Below are positions 19,638 through 29,069 of a stretch of DNA of 64,000 nucleotides, one piece after another. Position 1 is the stretch's first letter; each line of letters opens with the position of its first letter. A model generated the notes under the pieces. That model saw only the letters and a list, made by a program, of their open reading frames with translations, made no database searches and had not been told where the DNA came from. The translations under genes and the position numbers were made by a program. The stretch comes from Gammaproteobacteria bacterium (lineage in GTDB: Bacteria > Pseudomonadota > Gammaproteobacteria > Eutrophobiales > Eutrophobiaceae), in assembly GCA_965221695.1 (NCBI GenBank), contig OZ244905.1, positions 3,392,001 through 3,456,000 of the forward strand, in the 5' to 3' direction.

Positions 19638-21002
19638 ATGCCATCACCCGAAAAAACCTGGTCGTCCAGGTTCACCTTCCTGTGCGCGATGGTCGGCGCG
19701 TCCATCGGGCTGGGAAATCTCTGGCGTTTCCCCTATGTGGCCGGAGAAAACGGCGGCGGCGCGTTTATCATCGTCTACCTGGTTATCATCCTGCTGCTGT
19801 GCGTCCCGCTGGTCATCGCGGAGCTGGCGCTGGGCCGGCGCGGCGGCAAAAGCCCGGTAATGACGATGGTCAACCTGTGCAGGGAAGGCCGGCATTCGGG
19901 TTTCTGGACGGCTATCGGCTGGTTGAGTATTCTCTCTCCGGTTATTGCCTTGTGCTTTTACGCGGTGGTTGCCGGCTGGTCGCTGGATTATGTCTTTTTT
20001 GCGCTGCGCGGCGAGTTTGTCTCCATCACGCCCGATAACGCGCAACAACAGTTTGCCGGACTGCTTGCGTCCCCCGAGCGTCTGACCCTGTGGTATACGT
20101 TGTACCTGGCAGCCACCGTATGGGTCATCGGCCTGGGTGTGCGGCGCGGGATCGAAGCCGTGACCAAGATTATGCTGCCGGCCCTGTTTGTGATGATCAT
20201 CATACTGGTGATCTACGGGCACATCGAAGGGGCGCCGGCGCGCGCCTGGCAATTCATGTTCAACCCGGACTTCTCCAGACTTACCTGGCAAAGCGTGCTG
20301 CTGGCGCTGGGACAGGCGCTGTTTTCCATCACCGTGGGCACCGGGGCGCTGCTGACCTACGGCGCGTACCTGTCCAGGGACATAACCTTGCCCGGCCCCA
20401 CCTGGACGATTGTGATCAGCGACACGCTGGCCGCGCTGTTATGCGGCCTGGCCGTGTTCACCATCGTGTTCGCGTCCGGGCTGGACCCGAGTGGCGGACC
20501 GGGACTGATGTTTGTTACCCTGCCGGTCGCGTTGGGAGCCATGCCCGCCGGCCATTTCTTCAGCGTGCTGTTTTTTGCCCTGGTGTTTTTTGCCGCGTTT
20601 ACCTCTTCCCTGGTCATGTTGGAACCCTTCATATCGTATATGGAAGACAAGGGTTACAAACGCGTTGCGATGTCGGCGCTCACCGGCTTCCTGATCTGGC
20701 TGGTCGGCCTCAGCGCGGTATTTTCGTTCAACGTGATAAAAGACTTCAAGCCCTTGTCGCTGATCCCGCTGTACCGCGACAAGAATATGTTCCACATAAT
20801 TGAATTCAGCGTGTCGAATGTGATGCTTCCGTTCACCGCGTTCCTGATCGCGCTGTTTGCCGGCTGGGTCATCTCCTCTGACCTGTTGCGTAACGAGATG
20901 GGTATCGGCAATAACCGGGTGTTCATGATTTGGAGATTGCTTACCCGTTATATCGCGCCGCTCGGAGTCGGCAGTGTCCTGGTGTTCGGGCTTGTCTCTT
21001 AA
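19638..21002 (+). CDS. Sodium-dependent transporter, NSS/SNF family
   Basis: 'WSSR', 'IGLGNLWRFPY', 'GGGAF', 'GPGLMF'. Confidence 0.93.
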   Translation: MPSPEKTWSSRFTFLCAMVGASIGLGNLWRFPYVAGENGGGAFIIVYLVIILLLCVPLVIAELALGRRGGKSPVMTMVNLCREGRHSGFWTAIGWLSILSPVIALCFYAVVAGWSLDYVFFALRGEFVSITPDNAQQQFAGLLASPERLTLWYTLYLAATVWVIGLGVRRGIEAVTKIMLPALFVMIIILVIYGHIEGAPARAWQFMFNPDFSRLTWQSVLLALGQALFSITVGTGALLTYGAYLSRDITLPGPTWTIVISDTLAALLCGLAVFTIVFASGLDPSGGPGLMFVTLPVALGAMPAGHFFSVLFFALVFFAAFTSSLVMLEPFISYMEDKGYKRVAMSALTGFLIWLVGLSAVFSFNVIKDFKPLSLIPLYRDKNMFHIIEFSVSNVMLPFTAFLIALFAGWVISSDLLRNEMGIGNNRVFMIWRLLTRYIAPLGVGSVLVFGLVS

Positions 21003-21031
21003 GGAACCTCTGACTTAATCTCAGAGGTTCC
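21003..21031. mobile_element. Short inverted-repeat element (29 bp) forming the whole gap between two convergent stop codons
   Basis: TTAA|GGAACCTCTGA-CTTAATC-TCAGAGGTTCC|CTAA. Confidence 0.82.
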
Positions 21032-21985
21032 CTAATCTCTGCGGGATAATAATTTCCTGGACAAGCCGGGGCCGCGTCCGGGTTTGCTCCAGGGACAGAC
21101 CTGTATGCAGATCCCGCAGCCATAGGTGATGCTGAAATAGGGAACGCACTTATCAAAGTCCACGTACCATTTTTCCTCGCCACGCACCAGTTGTTTGCTG
21201 TCTGAAATGGCATCGGCCGGACAGTCTATGACGCAACGCCGGCAGGCGAGGCAGAGATCCTCAACACCGATATCCACGGGACCGTCAACAGCAAGGGGCA
21301 GGTCTGTCAACACGGTTGCCAGGCGGAGGTTGGCGCCCAGCTCCCTGTTGATCAGCGACCCGTGTTTACCCAGTTCGCCCAGGCCAGCCCTGATAGCAAG
21401 GGGGATATGCAGGATGTCGGCGCTCTCGCAATATGCTCTTGCAGGCCAGCCGAGTTTGCGAATCCAGGCTGCCACCCGCACCACGGTATCAGTGATCTGC
21501 GTGTAGGCGCGCAAGGTCTCGACTCCACCCTCTACGCCGGTCACGTGTTCCTCCATGAGATCGAAATCCATCCCGTAAGCAATGGAGACGGCATACTTGT
21601 AAGGCTGTTCGATATCATGAAACTGCGCATCTTCCGTGAACGTCGTAATGCCGACTGCATCAGCGCCGAACTTGCGCGCGATTTGCTTTACCTGCTCTGT
21701 CATGGCGCCGGCATCCGTCACCTCGATACGCTTGGTCGCGATAGCTCCATCAGCTTTGCGTAACAACCACCTTGAGAACAAGCCCCTGATAAATAATCTG
21801 AATGGCATTGTCATCAGGAAAAACAGTTCCAGCGCCCACCACTCCACCTCGCGGAAACCGGAACTGTGGAATATCGGTACCGGCCGGCGCTTTTCGGTTT
21901 CTCCCAGGCCGTTGATTTCATTGCCGGATTTCGGCTGGGAACGGTATTTGAAATGGTACGCCGGTTGCGGCCAGGCGTGCTTCAT
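21032..21985 (-). CDS. Short reductive dehalogenase-like (RdhA/QueG superfamily) protein with two 4Fe-4S motifs
   Basis: 'FGADAVGI', 'PLAIRAGLGELG', 'VLTDLPL', 'CLACRRCVIDCPADAIS', 'KC...CGICIQVCPWSK'. Confidence 0.78.
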   Translation of the reverse strand: MKHAWPQPAYHFKYRSQPKSGNEINGLGETEKRRPVPIFHSSGFREVEWWALELFFLMTMPFRLFIRGLFSRWLLRKADGAIATKRIEVTDAGAMTEQVKQIARKFGADAVGITTFTEDAQFHDIEQPYKYAVSIAYGMDFDLMEEHVTGVEGGVETLRAYTQITDTVVRVAAWIRKLGWPARAYCESADILHIPLAIRAGLGELGKHGSLINRELGANLRLATVLTDLPLAVDGPVDIGVEDLCLACRRCVIDCPADAISDSKQLVRGEEKWYVDFDKCVPYFSITYGCGICIQVCPWSKPGRGPGLSRKLLSRRD

Positions 21986-22188
21986 TGCGGTTTATTCTCC
22001 AGCAAGTCCTCGAGGATGGCCTCGGTGTTCTCTTGTTGCGCCCGGCGGTAGGCGCGCCTGATCTTACGCCCCAGCGTAAACCAGAGCGCGAGGAAGGCAA
22101 AGCTGTCCAGCAACAGGGCAATATCCCGCCTGGCACGCTGTAGCAGTCCCGGATTGGTCAGGTAGAATTTCTCTTCGAAGGAAGGCAT
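21982..22188 (-). CDS. Small hypothetical protein with one hydrophobic segment, translationally coupled to the RdhA-like gene
   Basis: 68 aa, ATGA overlap with the downstream gene. Confidence 0.6.
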   Translation of the reverse strand: MPSFEEKFYLTNPGLLQRARRDIALLLDSFAFLALWFTLGRKIRRAYRRAQQENTEAILEDLLENKPQ

Positions 22189-22235
22189 AGTTGATAGAAT
22201 ACAGGATAAAGGCGTTGATAAGCATATAATGTTAG

Positions 22236-22385
22236 GGAACTCTGAACAAGTCCATCCTGGACTTGTCAGAGTACGGAAAACAAAAATGCGATTTTTGTTT
22301 TCCTCACAAAATCAATGCCTTACAGTCATTGATTTTGACGATACATCCTTGTATCGTAGGAACCTCTGACATAATCAGAGGTTCC
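22236..22385. mobile_element. ~150-bp five-hairpin MITE-like element, copy 2 (inverted relative to copy 1)
   Basis: TTAG|GGAACTCTGAACAAG...ATAATCAGAGGTTCC|TTAG; 5 differences from copy 1 by manual alignment. Confidence 0.88.
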
Positions 22386-22499
22386 TTAGCTCGTCTTGCT
22401 CCAAACTAACGGGCTCTATAGCCGGATTAACCATAGCAGCAGAGTTGAAAATAAGTCTGAAGGAAGCTGCAAGACATCTATTGTAAATGAGATGATCTA

Positions 22500-23708
22500 A
22501 TGAAAATCACCAGCGCCAAAGTCATCGTCACCTGCCCCGGCCGTAACTTCGTCACGCTCAAGATCGAGACGGACGCAGGCGTTTACGGGCTGGGCGACGC
22601 GACGCTCAACGGGCGGGAGCTGGCGGTGGTTTCTTACCTTGAGGAGCATGTTGTTCCCTGCCTGGTCGGGCGCGACCCGCGCCAGACGGAAGATATCTGG
22701 CAGTTCCTGTATCGCGGCGCTTACTGGCGGCGCGGCCCGGTGACGATGACCGCCATCGGCGCGGTGGATACGGCATTATGGGACATCAAGGCCAAGCTCG
22801 CAGACATGCCGCTGTACCAGTTGCTGGGCGGCAGCAGCCGCGCCGGAGTCATGGTCTACGGCCATGCCAATGGCGCGGATATCGACCAGACCGTCGATGA
22901 GGTGGGCAGGTATATCGACATGGGCTACAAGGCCGTGCGCGCCCAGAGCGGCATCCCAGGCCTCGCGTCCACCTACGGCGTGAGTAAGGACCGGCTGTTC
23001 TATGAACCGGCAGATGCGGACCTGCCGCAGGAAAATACCTGGTCCACGGAGAAATACCTGGATCACACGCCGTTACTGTTCGACAGGATCAGGCAGCAAT
23101 ATGGCTTTGACACGCACCTGCTGCATGACGTGCACCACCGCCTGACCCCGATCGAGGCGGCGCGCCTCGGCAAATCCCTGGAGGAATATCGGCTGTTCTG
23201 GCTGGAGGATGCGGTCCCGGCGGAGAACCAGGAAGGCTTCAGACTGATCCGGCAGCATACAGTGACCCCGCTGGCCCTGGGCGAGGTCTTCAATACCATT
23301 TGGGACTGCAAGGACCTGATCCGGGAACAATTGATCGATTATATCCGCGCCACCGTCGTCCATGCCGGTGGGATCACCCACCTGCGCCGCATCGCCGACC
23401 TCGCCGCGCTGTACCACGTGCGCACCGGCTGTCACGGGGCAACAGACCTGTCGCCGGTGTGCATGGGGGCGGCGCTGCACTTCGATACCTGGGCGCCGAA
23501 CTTCGGCATCCAGGAATACATGCGCCACACCGCTGAGACCGACGAGGTATTCCCGCATGCGTATACCTTCAAGGACGGCTTTCTGTATCCGGGCGACGCG
23601 CCTGGCCACGGTGTCGATATCGACGAGAAACTCGCGGCAAAGTTTCCTTACCGGCGCGCGTTCCTGCCGGTAAACAGGCTGGAAGACGGCACCATGTGGA
23701 ACTGGTGA
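22500..23708 (+). CDS. manD: D-mannonate dehydratase ManD/RspA (enolase superfamily)
   Basis: '[11 protein letters not shown]', 'GDATLNGRE', 'YWRRGP', 'HDVHHRL', C-terminal '[10 protein letters not shown]'. Confidence 0.92.
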   Translation: MKITSAKVIVTCPGRNFVTLKIETDAGVYGLGDATLNGRELAVVSYLEEHVVPCLVGRDPRQTEDIWQFLYRGAYWRRGPVTMTAIGAVDTALWDIKAKLADMPLYQLLGGSSRAGVMVYGHANGADIDQTVDEVGRYIDMGYKAVRAQSGIPGLASTYGVSKDRLFYEPADADLPQENTWSTEKYLDHTPLLFDRIRQQYGFDTHLLHDVHHRLTPIEAARLGKSLEEYRLFWLEDAVPAENQEGFRLIRQHTVTPLALGEVFNTIWDCKDLIREQLIDYIRATVVHAGGITHLRRIADLAALYHVRTGCHGATDLSPVCMGAALHFDTWAPNFGIQEYMRHTAETDEVFPHAYTFKDGFLYPGDAPGHGVDIDEKLAAKFPYRRAFLPVNRLEDGTMWNW

Positions 23709-23982
23709 CCAGCGATGGCGTGTGCGTTGTCTGCGGAACTGTATACGGCCGCCCAGGTACGGGAACTTGACCGCCTGGCGATCAAAGAGTGCGGCATCCC
23801 GTCGCTGACCCTGGTGGAGTGCGCGAGCGCCGCTGCCCCGTGGAACTGGTGACCTGCGATGGCGTGTGCGTTGTCTGCGGAACTGTATACGGCCGCCCAG
23901 GTACGGGAACTTGACCGCCTGGCGATTGAAGAGTGCGGCATCCCATCGCTGACCCTGATGGAACGCGCGGGCGCCGCTGCCC
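23696..23982 (+). repeat. Diverged 144-bp-period tandem duplication spanning the manD end and nnr start
   Basis: 23696-23838 vs 23840-23982, 8 mismatches by manual alignment. Confidence 0.92.
23715..23852 (+). pseudogene. 45-codon truncated duplicate of the nnr 5' end
   Basis: MACALSAELYTAAQVRELDRLAIKECGIPSLTLVECASAAAPWNW*; LMERAG motif changed to LVECAS. Confidence 0.75.
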
Positions 23983-25343
23983 TGGATGTGCTGGTCAGCC
24001 GTTATCCGGATGTTCGGAGTCCGGTCATTGTCTGTGGTGGCGGTAACAATGGCGGCGACGGTTATGTGCTGGCGCGCCTTGCGCAGCAGGCGGGACTCAA
24101 GGCCAGGGTGGTAGCGCTGGTCGAGCCAGACCGGCTCAAGGGTGACGCGGCTGCCAGCGCACAGAAGTATTTGCAGACAGGGAGCGTTGAGACGGCGCTG
24201 GCGACCGATGGCGCAGACCTCATTGTCGATGCCTTGCTGGGCAGCGGCCTGAACCGTCCGGTGGAAGGTATTTTTGCCGAAGCCATTAAACAGATCAACG
24301 GCGCAGCCGCCCGTGCGCTGTCCCTTGACATTCCTTCAGGATTGAATGCGGATACCGGCGCGATCCTGGGAAACGCAGTCAAGGCCGATGCCACGATCAC
24401 GTTCATCGGACTGAAACGGGGTTTGTTTACCGCAGCAGGCCCTGAATTCAGCGGCGAGATTATGTTCAGCGACCTGGAGACGCCTGCCGGCATCCATGCC
24501 GGTCTCAGCCCCGACGCGCGCCTGGTGGACCCGGACGAAGTAATGCATTGCCTGCCGCCCCGTGCGCGCGCTGCCCATAAGGGCAGCTATGGTCACGTAC
24601 TGGTTATCGGCGGTGATTACGGCTACCAGGGCGCTGCGATCCTGGCCGCTAGCGCTGCCGCGAGAACAGGCGCCGGCCTGGTGACCTTTGCAACAAGACC
24701 GGAACATGCGCAGACAATCCCCCTGTTCCGGCCTGAATTGATGACCGCGGCCGTGACCGGTGCGCGTGACCTGGACGAGATCCTTGACCGGGTCACCGCG
24801 GTCGCCATCGGCCCGGGACTGGGGCAGTCGGATTGGGCAATGTCGCTATTTGCCAAGGTCTTGCAGACCCGGCTCCCGTTGGTGGTGGATGCCGATGCGC
24901 TGAACCTGCTCGCGCTGGAACATCAACGTCGGGAAAACTGGGCGCTGACGCCTCACCCGGGCGAAGCCGCCCGCTTGTTGGACACGACCTCCGCAGAAAT
25001 CCAGGCAGACCGGTTTGCGGCGGTGGCTTCATTGCGTGACAGGTTCGGCGGCGTAGCTGTGCTCAAGGGAGCGGGCAGTCTGATCGCAGGCGCAAGCGGC
25101 CCGATCCGTCTCAACCGCACCGGCAACCCGGGCATGGCCAGTGGTGGAATGGGTGATGTTCTGACCGGGGTCATTGCCGGGCTGATTGCTCAGGGTCTGG
25201 AACCCGACGCAGCCGCAGTAGCAGGGGTTTACCTGCACGGTCTTGCCGGGGATGAATGCGCGCGCCAGGGAGAAAGAGGGATGCTAGCCGGTGATCTGCT
25301 CCCTGTTCTTCGTTCGTTGGTTAATCCCGGCTCATGCGCCTGA
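23859..25343 (+). CDS. nnr: Bifunctional NAD(P)H-hydrate epimerase/dehydratase
   Basis: 'LMERAG', 'GNNGGDG', 'DIPSG', 'HKG..G', 'LTPHPGEA', 'GGMGDVL'; position before tsaE. Confidence 0.95.
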   Translation: MACALSAELYTAAQVRELDRLAIEECGIPSLTLMERAGAAALDVLVSRYPDVRSPVIVCGGGNNGGDGYVLARLAQQAGLKARVVALVEPDRLKGDAAASAQKYLQTGSVETALATDGADLIVDALLGSGLNRPVEGIFAEAIKQINGAAARALSLDIPSGLNADTGAILGNAVKADATITFIGLKRGLFTAAGPEFSGEIMFSDLETPAGIHAGLSPDARLVDPDEVMHCLPPRARAAHKGSYGHVLVIGGDYGYQGAAILAASAAARTGAGLVTFATRPEHAQTIPLFRPELMTAAVTGARDLDEILDRVTAVAIGPGLGQSDWAMSLFAKVLQTRLPLVVDADALNLLALEHQRRENWALTPHPGEAARLLDTTSAEIQADRFAAVASLRDRFGGVAVLKGAGSLIAGASGPIRLNRTGNPGMASGGMGDVLTGVIAGLIAQGLEPDAAAVAGVYLHGLAGDECARQGERGMLAGDLLPVLRSLVNPGSCA

Positions 25344-25813
25344 CTGTCAACAGCCCTGAAGAAATGGAGGAGTTTGCGGCCGGCTGCGCGTTATGTCTGC
25401 CGGCGGGCTTTAACCTGTACCTGCAGGGAGAGCTGGGAGCAGGCAAAACTACCTTCGTCAGGGGAGCGTTGCGGGGACTTGGTTACCAGGGCATTGTGAA
25501 GAGTCCCACCTATACCCTGGTTGAATACTACCGTATTGGCAAACGTGACATTTATCACCTCGATCTATACCGCCTGGATACTGCCACAGAACTTGAGGAT
25601 ATAGGTTTCCGGGACTATTTTGACGGTCTCGCGATCTGCCTGGTAGAGTGGCCGGAGCGCGGCCGTGGCAGCCTGCCGGACCCGGATCTGCTCATTGACA
25701 TCGGCGTAGATCGGATGCAGCGAGACCTGAATTGTCATGCCCACACTGCCGCAGGTGAGAAATTCCTGCAACAACTCGGCGCTGAGACGCCTTCCCAGAC
25801 TATTCGCGTGTAA
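25334..25813 (+). CDS. tsaE: tRNA threonylcarbamoyladenosine biosynthesis ATPase
   Basis: 'GELGAGKT', 'SPTYTLV', 'HLDLYRL', 'EWP'. Confidence 0.96.
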   Translation: MRLTVNSPEEMEEFAAGCALCLPAGFNLYLQGELGAGKTTFVRGALRGLGYQGIVKSPTYTLVEYYRIGKRDIYHLDLYRLDTATELEDIGFRDYFDGLAICLVEWPERGRGSLPDPDLLIDIGVDRMQRDLNCHAHTAAGEKFLQQLGAETPSQTIRV

Positions 25814-25951
25814 ACGGGAATTCAGTGAACAAAGAGTCGCCCTGCGGGCGACACAGAATTTGACTGGACTCCCGCTTTTCAGCCTGCCCCTGTATGGCGT
25901 TGAGCAGGGGCGATTGAATCATAACAAATACAAAAAAAACAGTTAGATAGC

Positions 25952-25980
25952 TTGACTTTTTAAAAAATAAATTAGATAAT
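25952..25980 (+). promoter_or_regulatory. Sigma70-type promoter for amiB
   Basis: TTGACT-17 bp-GATAAT with an A-rich upstream tract. Confidence 0.6.
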
Positions 25981-26014
25981 TACTGCAGTAACACTGAAAC
26001 ATATGGCATAGCGG

Positions 26015-27313
26015 ATGACGCGATATCTCTCAAGTTATTGTTTACTCCTGATTTTTTCCTTGCCATCCGGGGCGGAGGAAAGTGTGCGCCTGAAGAATAT
26101 TCGGGTCTGGGCAGCCCCTGATAACACCCGAATTGTCTTTGATATAAGCAGTCCGGTCAGGCATAAGCTGGAAATGTTAACCAATCCTCATCGGCTAGTG
26201 ATCGATCTGCAAAATACCGAACAATTCGCGCAACTGCCGCAGCCGGCGTTGGGAGACGGATACGTGCGAGGTATCCGGCGCGGTCAGCATGGCGATTTTC
26301 TCAGAGTCGTGTTGGATTTGAAAAAGCAGGTTCAAGCAAAGAGCTTCATGCTGGCGCCGAATAAACATTACGGCCACCGGCTCGTGCTGGATATATATGA
26401 TAAGCAACAGGAACAAGTGGTTGGGAGGCAAATTGCGCCGCCTGCGGGACATCGCGACATTGTCATTGCCGTTGATGCCGGTCATGGCGGTGAAGACCCG
26501 GGAGCAATTGGTCCGAACGGGACTCATGAAAAGACCGTTGTCTTACAGATAGCAAGAAAAATGGTTGAGATGATAAATCGGGAACGCGGGTTGAGTGCGG
26601 TCCTGACCCGGACAGGCGATTATTTTTTGCCATTGCAGAAGCGCGTTGAAGTCTCGCGCCGGCACCAGGCAGACCTGTTCATTTCCATACACGCCGACGC
26701 GTTTACCAACCACAGAGCGCGCGGCGCGTCTGTATATGTTCTATCAAATCGGGGCGCTAGCAGCGAGCACGCGCGCCGGCTGGCCGATCGGGAAAATGCC
26801 TCCGATCTGATCGGCGGGGTCAGCCTTGATGACAAGGACAGCGTGTTGGCGTCGGTGTTGCTGGACCTGTCCCAAACGGCTAGCCTGGAGGCCAGTATCG
26901 ATGTGGCTGAGAATATTCTACAAGGCCTGAGGAAGGTGAGTAGACTGCACAAGCCCAGGGTGGAGTCGGCGGCATTTGCCGTATTGAAAGCGCCTGATGT
27001 TCCTTCTCTGTTGATTGAGGCCGCGTTTATTTCCAATCCGCAGGAAGAAAAGAATCTGAATAGTTCAGCCTACCAACAGAAACTTGCCCAGGCTGTGACT
27101 CTCGGAATTAAACGTTATTTCGAAGAGAATGCCCCTGACGGCACATTGCTGGCAACCCGGAAACATGTGATAGCAAGAGGCGATACGTTAACGGAAATTG
27201 CCAGGCAATACCGTGTCAGCCTTGACAGCCTGCGAGCGCTGAATGGCTTATCAAACAACCGTATCAGAACAGGCCAGGTATTGACCATCCCGAAAACCCT
27301 TGGCGACGGTTAG
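26015..27313 (+). CDS. amiB: N-acetylmuramoyl-L-alanine amidase (AMIN + Amidase_3 + LysM)
   Basis: 'DAGHGGEDPGA', 'SIHAD', C-terminal LysM; synteny tsaE-amiB-mutL. Confidence 0.92.
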   Translation: MTRYLSSYCLLLIFSLPSGAEESVRLKNIRVWAAPDNTRIVFDISSPVRHKLEMLTNPHRLVIDLQNTEQFAQLPQPALGDGYVRGIRRGQHGDFLRVVLDLKKQVQAKSFMLAPNKHYGHRLVLDIYDKQQEQVVGRQIAPPAGHRDIVIAVDAGHGGEDPGAIGPNGTHEKTVVLQIARKMVEMINRERGLSAVLTRTGDYFLPLQKRVEVSRRHQADLFISIHADAFTNHRARGASVYVLSNRGASSEHARRLADRENASDLIGGVSLDDKDSVLASVLLDLSQTASLEASIDVAENILQGLRKVSRLHKPRVESAAFAVLKAPDVPSLLIEAAFISNPQEEKNLNSSAYQQKLAQAVTLGIKRYFEENAPDGTLLATRKHVIARGDTLTEIARQYRVSLDSLRALNGLSNNRIRTGQVLTIPKTLGDG

Positions 27314-27344
27314 CTAATTCATCTGCGTAATCCGCTGATAATCA

Positions 27345-29069
27345 ATGGTTATACCCAGGATCAGCGAATTGCCCGCCACCCTGGCAAGCCAGATCGCTGC
27401 GGGCGAGGTCATTGAACGGCCCGCGGCTGTCGTCAAGGAACTACTGGACAATAGTATCGACGCCGGCGCCGACAATGTGACGGTGGCTGTCATTGACGGC
27501 GGTCATAAACTGATTTCCGTCAGCGACAATGGCCACGGCATTCATCCCGATGATATCGAACTGGCATTGCGGCGCCACAGCACGAGCAAGATCAGCGCCC
27601 AGTCTGATCTGGACTGCATCACCAGCCTGGGGTTTCGTGGAGAGGCCCTGGCCAGCATCGCCGCGGTATCCAGATTTTTGCTTGTGTCGAGAACCGATCA
27701 GTCTGATTGCGCCTGGTCATTATCCTTCGACCCGGTTAGCGGCAACTCAACTCTAAAGCCGGCGGCACGCGCCCGCGGCGTCACCGTAGAGGCTGCCGAT
27801 ATATTTCAGGCTGTGCCGGCGCGCCATAAATTCATGCGCAGCCAAACCACAGAATTTCTCCATATCAGTGAACTGTTCAAGCGCGTGGCCTGTAGCCGTT
27901 TCAACGTCACGTTTACTCTGACACAAAATAACAAGACACACCTGCGCTATCGTGCTTGTGCGGAGAATATGCTTGAGCGGGTAGAAGACGTATTTGGCCG
28001 CCGTTTTGCAACTGAATCGATTCCGTTGAATTATGAATCCAAGGGTATGCGGCTATGGGGATGGTTGGGTGGTGGCGACCTCAGCCGTAGCCAGTCCGAC
28101 CGGCAGTATTGCTTTGTCAACGGGCGAGTGGTCAGAGATAGAAAAATTCTCCATGCTATTCGATCCGCGTTTGGTGAATCTTTACCCACAGGCCGTTATC
28201 CGACTTGTCTGCTGCACCTGGATATCGATCCCGCCGCTGCCGATATCAACGTGCACCCGACCAAGAGTGAAATCCGTTTTAAGGATAACCGTGGTGTCCA
28301 TGATTTTATCCAAATGAGTCTGCTGGACGCGCTGAGAAGCGCGCATTCGCTGGACTTGAACGATACCGGCCCAATCTCAGACAACAGTCGGCCGGCGTAT
28401 CAGCCACCCCAACTTCAGCGAGAGCCACAACAGGTCAGAGAAGCCAGCTTGTTCTATCAAAACCTCGTCTCCAAAGAACAACAGGCTGACCTGGTTAACA
28501 AAACTGCCGGACTGGGTATCCCTCGTTTGGCGTTGTCGCCGGAGGTAGCGCTGGCGCAGCGCAAAGAAGATATTATTATACTGAATTACCAGGCGGTGAG
28601 AGCCTATATCCTGGGGTATCGGTTAGAACAGGAATACCGGAATGAGTCGGTGCGTCGCCGACCTTTGCTTGTTCCCGTGCATATGGAAGTTGGGAAATTT
28701 CAGGCCGGCCTGGCGGAGCAGCGCGCTGACCTGCTGGAAACAGTCGGCTTGTCGTTGCGTGTTGTGTCAGAAAATACCATCTCTATCAGGGAAATTCCCG
28801 CTTTGCTCGAAGAAACGGATGTCAAGACCCTGGTGTCAGCGGTACTTGAAGCGTTGCGACAGTTGGATGAAGGGGCGACCCCGGCACAACGACTAATGAC
28901 GGTTATGGTAGGCAGTATGGGATCATCCGGGGAGATACCAACCAATTCCATGGTTGAAGATCTATTGAGTGATTTGGACAGAACGGATCTCGACACCTCG
29001 CAGAAATCTTACAAAGGCCTGTGGAGGGCTGTTTCGCCGCGTGAGTTGAGCGACTTGATAGATGAATGA
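27345..29069 (+). CDS. mutL: DNA mismatch repair protein MutL
   Basis: 'QIAAGEVIERP', 'GFRGEAL', 'DINVHPTK'; divergent C-terminal domain. Confidence 0.94.
   Translation: MVIPRISELPATLASQIAAGEVIERPAAVVKELLDNSIDAGADNVTVAVIDGGHKLISVSDNGHGIHPDDIELALRRHSTSKISAQSDLDCITSLGFRGEALASIAAVSRFLLVSRTDQSDCAWSLSFDPVSGNSTLKPAARARGVTVEAADIFQAVPARHKFMRSQTTEFLHISELFKRVACSRFNVTFTLTQNNKTHLRYRACAENMLERVEDVFGRRFATESIPLNYESKGMRLWGWLGGGDLSRSQSDRQYCFVNGRVVRDRKILHAIRSAFGESLPTGRYPTCLLHLDIDPAAADINVHPTKSEIRFKDNRGVHDFIQMSLLDALRSAHSLDLNDTGPISDNSRPAYQPPQLQREPQQVREASLFYQNLVSKEQQADLVNKTAGLGIPRLALSPEVALAQRKEDIIILNYQAVRAYILGYRLEQEYRNESVRRRPLLVPVHMEVGKFQAGLAEQRADLLETVGLSLRVVSENTISIREIPALLEETDVKTLVSAVLEALRQLDEGATPAQRLMTVMVGSMGSSGEIPTNSMVEDLLSDLDRTDLDTSQKSYKGLWRAVSPRELSDLIDE

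Noticed and set aside
21032-21985. Annotation as queG
   Set aside because: Lacks the QueG CISYLTIE and GCD.CQ motifs; the cysteine context is closer to RdhA.
13382-22385. Composite transposon formed by the two inverted 150-bp elements around ~8.7 kb of cargo
   Set aside because: Each copy has its own matching flanks (TATA/TATA and TTAG/TTAG) while the outer flanks differ, which indicates independent insertions with no inversion between them.
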